A stretch of DNA of 64,000 nucleotides. It comes from Candidatus Krumholzibacteriia bacterium (GTDB lineage: Bacteria > Krumholzibacteriota > Krumholzibacteriia > LZORAL124-64-63). Within the stretch, counting starts at the first letter, position 1, and the number at the start of each line of letters is the position of its first letter. Position numbers and translations under genes: made by a program. Of this stretch, positions 60,811-64,000 are shown piece by piece. The stretch covers positions 128,001 to 192,000 of the forward strand of contig JBFXKG010000006.1 in the NCBI GenBank assembly GCA_050174015.1, given 5' to 3'. Under the pieces are notes generated by a model that made no database searches, had not been told where the DNA came from, and saw nothing but the letters and a program-made list of their open reading frames with translations.

Positions 60811-60944
60811 GGTAGGGACAACCTCCAGTGCGGGGATCGAGCGGAAACGCCGCAGCGATGACGATCTCGCGCGGATAGGTAAAATTAAGGCAAGCCCTTC
60901 CCCAAATCAACCACCGTTTTGGCCGGCCCGCGGCGCAACTGCTG

Positions 60945-61898
60945 TTACTGCTCCAGATTGAACGAGATGGTCACCCTCAGCCAGGCCCAGACGGGGTACT
61001 TGCCGATGCGGGCGGATTCGAAATCCCCCCCTTCCAGCGCGGCCAGGGCGGCGGCGGTCAGATCGGCCGACGGGGAGGAGACGACCACCGCCTGCCGGAC
61101 CTCGGCCGCCGGGCTGAGCAGGAGGTCGAACACCACGTCCCCGGTGACCCCGGCGTCGACCGCGGCAGGGGGGTAGACCGGGGCCAGCCCGCCCAGGTAT
61201 CGGGGGGGATAGTTCCTCAGCTGCTGGTAGAGCTGCATCGTGCGGAAGCTGCGGCCTCCGGTGCACTTGGTCATACCGACCGCCACGAGTGCCCCGGCCT
61301 TCTCGAAATCGCCCTCGGCCCGGGCCACGTCCGCCAGGAGGTAATCCACCGCGGCGTCGTCCGGGCGGGCGGATCCCGCCTCGGTCAGGAGTTCGCGCGC
61401 CCTGCCCAGCAGGCGCTCGCGGTTGCGGGGCCAGTCCCCCACGTCGGCCGCCGGCCCCTCGACCGGCAGCAGGTCGGGGTCGCCCTGGCCCGCCATCAGG
61501 TACAGCTGGCCGAGGGTCAGGAGCATGAGGGAATGGCGCAGCCCCGCTTCCAGCCCGAATTCCATCTCGATCATGCCGTCGGATCCCGATCCGTCCCTGA
61601 AGAATTCGGAACAGAGGCCCAGATAGCGCTCCACCTGCGGGGAAACGCCGGTGTCCTCGGCGCACCAGGACAGGCGGTGCTCACGCCACTTGCCTTCGGG
61701 AACCGGCTGTTCGTTCAGGTAATCGGGGCGGGCGCCGGCGGGCCGGGGGGCCTCGGGAACCCGGGGTCCCGGCGGCGGCGTGGCGCACCCGACCCCGAAA
61801 ACCAGGTAGGCCGGGATCAGGGCGAACAGGACCCTCCGGATCACCGTCCCCCCGGCTCGGCGACCGGGAATCCGGACTTCTCCCACGCATGCGGTCAT
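60945..61898 (-). CDS. Putative lipoprotein with TPR-like region and TonB C-terminal domain
   Basis: FGVG-C lipobox; helical repeat; PVYPPAAVDAGVTGDVVF...ISFNL. The ATG overlaps the upstream stop. Confidence 0.72.
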   Translation of the reverse strand: MTACVGEVRIPGRRAGGTVIRRVLFALIPAYLVFGVGCATPPPGPRVPEAPRPAGARPDYLNEQPVPEGKWREHRLSWCAEDTGVSPQVERYLGLCSEFFRDGSGSDGMIEMEFGLEAGLRHSLMLLTLGQLYLMAGQGDPDLLPVEGPAADVGDWPRNRERLLGRARELLTEAGSARPDDAAVDYLLADVARAEGDFEKAGALVAVGMTKCTGGRSFRTMQLYQQLRNYPPRYLGGLAPVYPPAAVDAGVTGDVVFDLLLSPAAEVRQAVVVSSPSADLTAAALAALEGGDFESARIGKYPVWAWLRVTISFNLEQ

Positions 61899-62992
61899 CG
61901 GCGGGGTTCCTTTCCGGCCAGGCCGGGGTCGAGGGCCAGGACCCTGGCCCATTCCTCCCTGGCTTCGCTTTCGCGGCCGAGTTCCAGCAGGATGGCCACG
62001 CGGTTGTTGCGGTAGATCGCGTTGTCGGGCTCGAGGGTAACCGAGCGGTCCGCAGCCTCCAGGGCTCCGGCCGGATCCCCGGCCGCCAGGAGGTTGCCCG
62101 CCACCTTGGCCCAGAAGACCCCATCGGCAAGGAGGCCGGCGGGCAAGGACCGGTTCCCGGTGGCGGCGTGGATCATGCGCCGACTCTGGACCCCATCGTT
62201 CCCGAGCGCCTCCTCGGACTGGACCAGGAGCCGGCATTCGTCACCGTCGAGATCCGCCAGGTCGACGGCGCCCAGCAGACCGATCACCGAATCGGGCCGA
62301 CCGGTGCGGAACAGGGCAACAGCCAGGCGCTTGCGCAGCCCGGGGTCGCCCTGGCGGCGCCACAGATCCCCCAGGGGCCCCACCGCGGCGGCCCAGTCCT
62401 CCCTGGCGATGGCCACCGTCGCCAGGGCGGCCGTGGCCTCGGGGCATCCCCCGCACAGGCGATCGGCCAGCAGGAACTCGTCGGCGGCCCGGCGCAGGTC
62501 CCCGAACTCCATCAGGGTGTGGCCGTACTCCAGTCGCGCCGACGCGTCGGCGGGTGCGAGATCCACCACCGTCTGGTACTCGGTGAGCGCCCGCCCCCGA
62601 CGTCCCAGTGATCGCAGGCCGAAGGCCAGGTTCCGGTGCAGCCTGGCGTCGCCCGGATTGCCCAGGACCGCGGTCTCGAGCAGGGGCACGGCTTCCTCGT
62701 TCCGCCCCGCCCGACTGAGGGCCAGGCCCAGCCGGCCGGCGATCTGCCAGCCGTACAGGGGATCCCCCGACCACCTGTCGTGCAAGGCGGATCCGACGAG
62801 GACCGCCCGGTCCGGATCGTCCGCAGCCAGGAGGCTGTCCACCTCGGCCAGCCCCCCCACGATGGCCGCGACTTCCCGGGCATCGGGCCGCTCGGCCGCC
62901 CTCGCCAGGTCCCCCGGGAGGGCGAGGCTCAGGACCGTCACGATCATCGCCATCAGGATCCGGGACACGTCCAATCGACCTTTCAGCGGCAT
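61895..62992 (-). CDS. Secreted TPR-repeat protein
   Basis: Signal peptide; TPR units (LHRNLAFGL, ARLEYGHTL, YRNNRVAIL, VLALDP). Confidence 0.8.
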   Translation of the reverse strand: MPLKGRLDVSRILMAMIVTVLSLALPGDLARAAERPDAREVAAIVGGLAEVDSLLAADDPDRAVLVGSALHDRWSGDPLYGWQIAGRLGLALSRAGRNEEAVPLLETAVLGNPGDARLHRNLAFGLRSLGRRGRALTEYQTVVDLAPADASARLEYGHTLMEFGDLRRAADEFLLADRLCGGCPEATAALATVAIAREDWAAAVGPLGDLWRRQGDPGLRKRLAVALFRTGRPDSVIGLLGAVDLADLDGDECRLLVQSEEALGNDGVQSRRMIHAATGNRSLPAGLLADGVFWAKVAGNLLAAGDPAGALEAADRSVTLEPDNAIYRNNRVAILLELGRESEAREEWARVLALDPGLAGKEPRR

Positions 62993-63041
62993 GATGGCGC
63001 CCGCGATCCCTGGTTCGCGAGCCTCACGATCCGGCGGGAAT

Positions 63042-63071
63042 TTGACGCCGGACCCCCTCTGCTGGTAAAAT
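63042..63071 (+). promoter_or_regulatory. Sigma-70-type promoter of the glycoside hydrolase gene
   Basis: TTGACG-N18-TAAAAT with a TGn extended -10. Confidence 0.6.
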
Positions 63072-63114
63072 ATTCCCTCAAAGTCAAAAAACCACGATCC
63101 TTTGGAGTTCTTAC

Positions 63115-64000
63115 GTGGCCCGACGCCGTACGCCCCTCGCCACCGTCGGCGCAGCCCCGCACCCCTGGGGAGTGACGACCCTGCTGCCCCTGTTCCTGGC
63201 CCTGTCCTGGTGGATGGCGCCCCCCGCCCAGGCCTTCGTCCGCCTGGATTTCGAGCAGAGCTTCTTCGTCCATCCCCAGCGTCAGGTCTGGGACTTCTGC
63301 CTCGTCCGCCCGGACTCCCTCTATCACATCTACTACCACAGCATCCACGAGGCCACGCCTCACGCCGCCAACGGCGATACCATCTGGCACGCCACCAGCC
63401 CCGACCTCAAGCGCTGGGACATCCTGGGTCCCGTGCTCACCGTCGGAACCGACTGGTGGGACGCGGGGGCGAACTGGGCTCCCGACGTGATCTACGACGA
63501 GAGCGCCGGCCTCTGGAGAATGCTCTACACCTCCTGCGACCTGCAGATGAACCAGCGTCTGGCCATCGCGAGTTCCCCCGATCTTTACACCTGGAGCGAT
63601 GATCCCGGCAACCCCAACCTCGAACCCAATCCCCTGACGTACCTCTACAACACCGCCGCGGGATGGTCGGACTTCCGGGATCCCTTCGCCTTTCGCCAGG
63701 ACGGCCAGTGGCACGTCCTGATCACCGCCCGGCAATGGCTGGGCCAGTCCACCGGCGTCCTCTACCACGCATCCAGCCCCGACCTCGTGACCTGGACCGA
63801 TCTCGGGCCGATCTTCGCCAACGACGGGGCCACCCCCGGACGCGTCCTGGAAAGCCCTCAGTACCTGATCATCGGGGACTACCACCACCTATTCTTCGGG
63901 GAGTACGACACGCCGGGGATCACCCTCCTGTCGAACCCCGATCCGGTCGCCTGGTCCATGGCCGACAGGGTGACCATCGATGGCGGTTACGCCCCCGAGG
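63115..64000 (+). CDS. Secreted five-bladed beta-propeller glycoside hydrolase (GH32/GH43-like), partial
   Basis: Absent from the ORF track (runs off the window). Manual translation shows a signal peptide, QVWDF, HATSPDLKRW, NWAPDV, DFRDPF and LESP; GGAG precedes GTG 63115. Confidence 0.78.
   Translation, partial: MARRRTPLATVGAAPHPWGVTTLLPLFLALSWWMAPPAQAFVRLDFEQSFFVHPQRQVWDFCLVRPDSLYHIYYHSIHEATPHAANGDTIWHATSPDLKRWDILGPVLTVGTDWWDAGANWAPDVIYDESAGLWRMLYTSCDLQMNQRLAIASSPDLYTWSDDPGNPNLEPNPLTYLYNTAAGWSDFRDPFAFRQDGQWHVLITARQWLGQSTGVLYHASSPDLVTWTDLGPIFANDGATPGRVLESPQYLIIGDYHHLFFGEYDTPGITLLSNPDPVAWSMADRVTIDGGYAPE

Overview
High-GC, gene-dense chromosomal window with most genes on the minus strand. 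I infer an FCB-group lineage (such as Ca. Krumholzibacteriota or Latescibacterota) from the PorV/T9SS-type genes, the bat operon and the short RpoD-like sigma; this is not verified. The left part is a housekeeping run: glyS (partial), glyQ, recO, mgtE, DUF502, CorC/HlyC, ybeY, 7TM-HD, phoH, aspS, hisS, PhnD-like, YbbR/CdaR, M23 peptidase, sigma-70, HtrA and lpxH. The centre (about 21.3-34.8 kb) is the most unusual part. Read in the direction of transcription it has an orphan sigma-54 response regulator, a small secreted acidic peptide, a 1040-aa TPR-GAF-AAA+ sigma-54 activator and a sigma-54-promoted, highly structured ~325-nt candidate ncRNA. These are followed by a sigma-54-promoted lipoprotein and DUF4384/CxxCH protein, a second similarly built structured element, an M6-like pseudo-protease with a T9SS-like C-terminal domain, and a PorV-family barrel. 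The right part has rlmN, Rrf2, mutY, acyl-CoA ligase, CDF transporter, M28, B3/B4, rfbB, btpA, tdk, HDOD, queD, a moxR-bat operon with two fusions, two DUF507 genes, GT4, an aldolase, TolB-like/TonB-C/TPR genes and a partial GH32/43-like gene. I saw no rRNA, tRNA, CRISPR array or mobile element. All calls come from reading motifs by eye; no database search was run.
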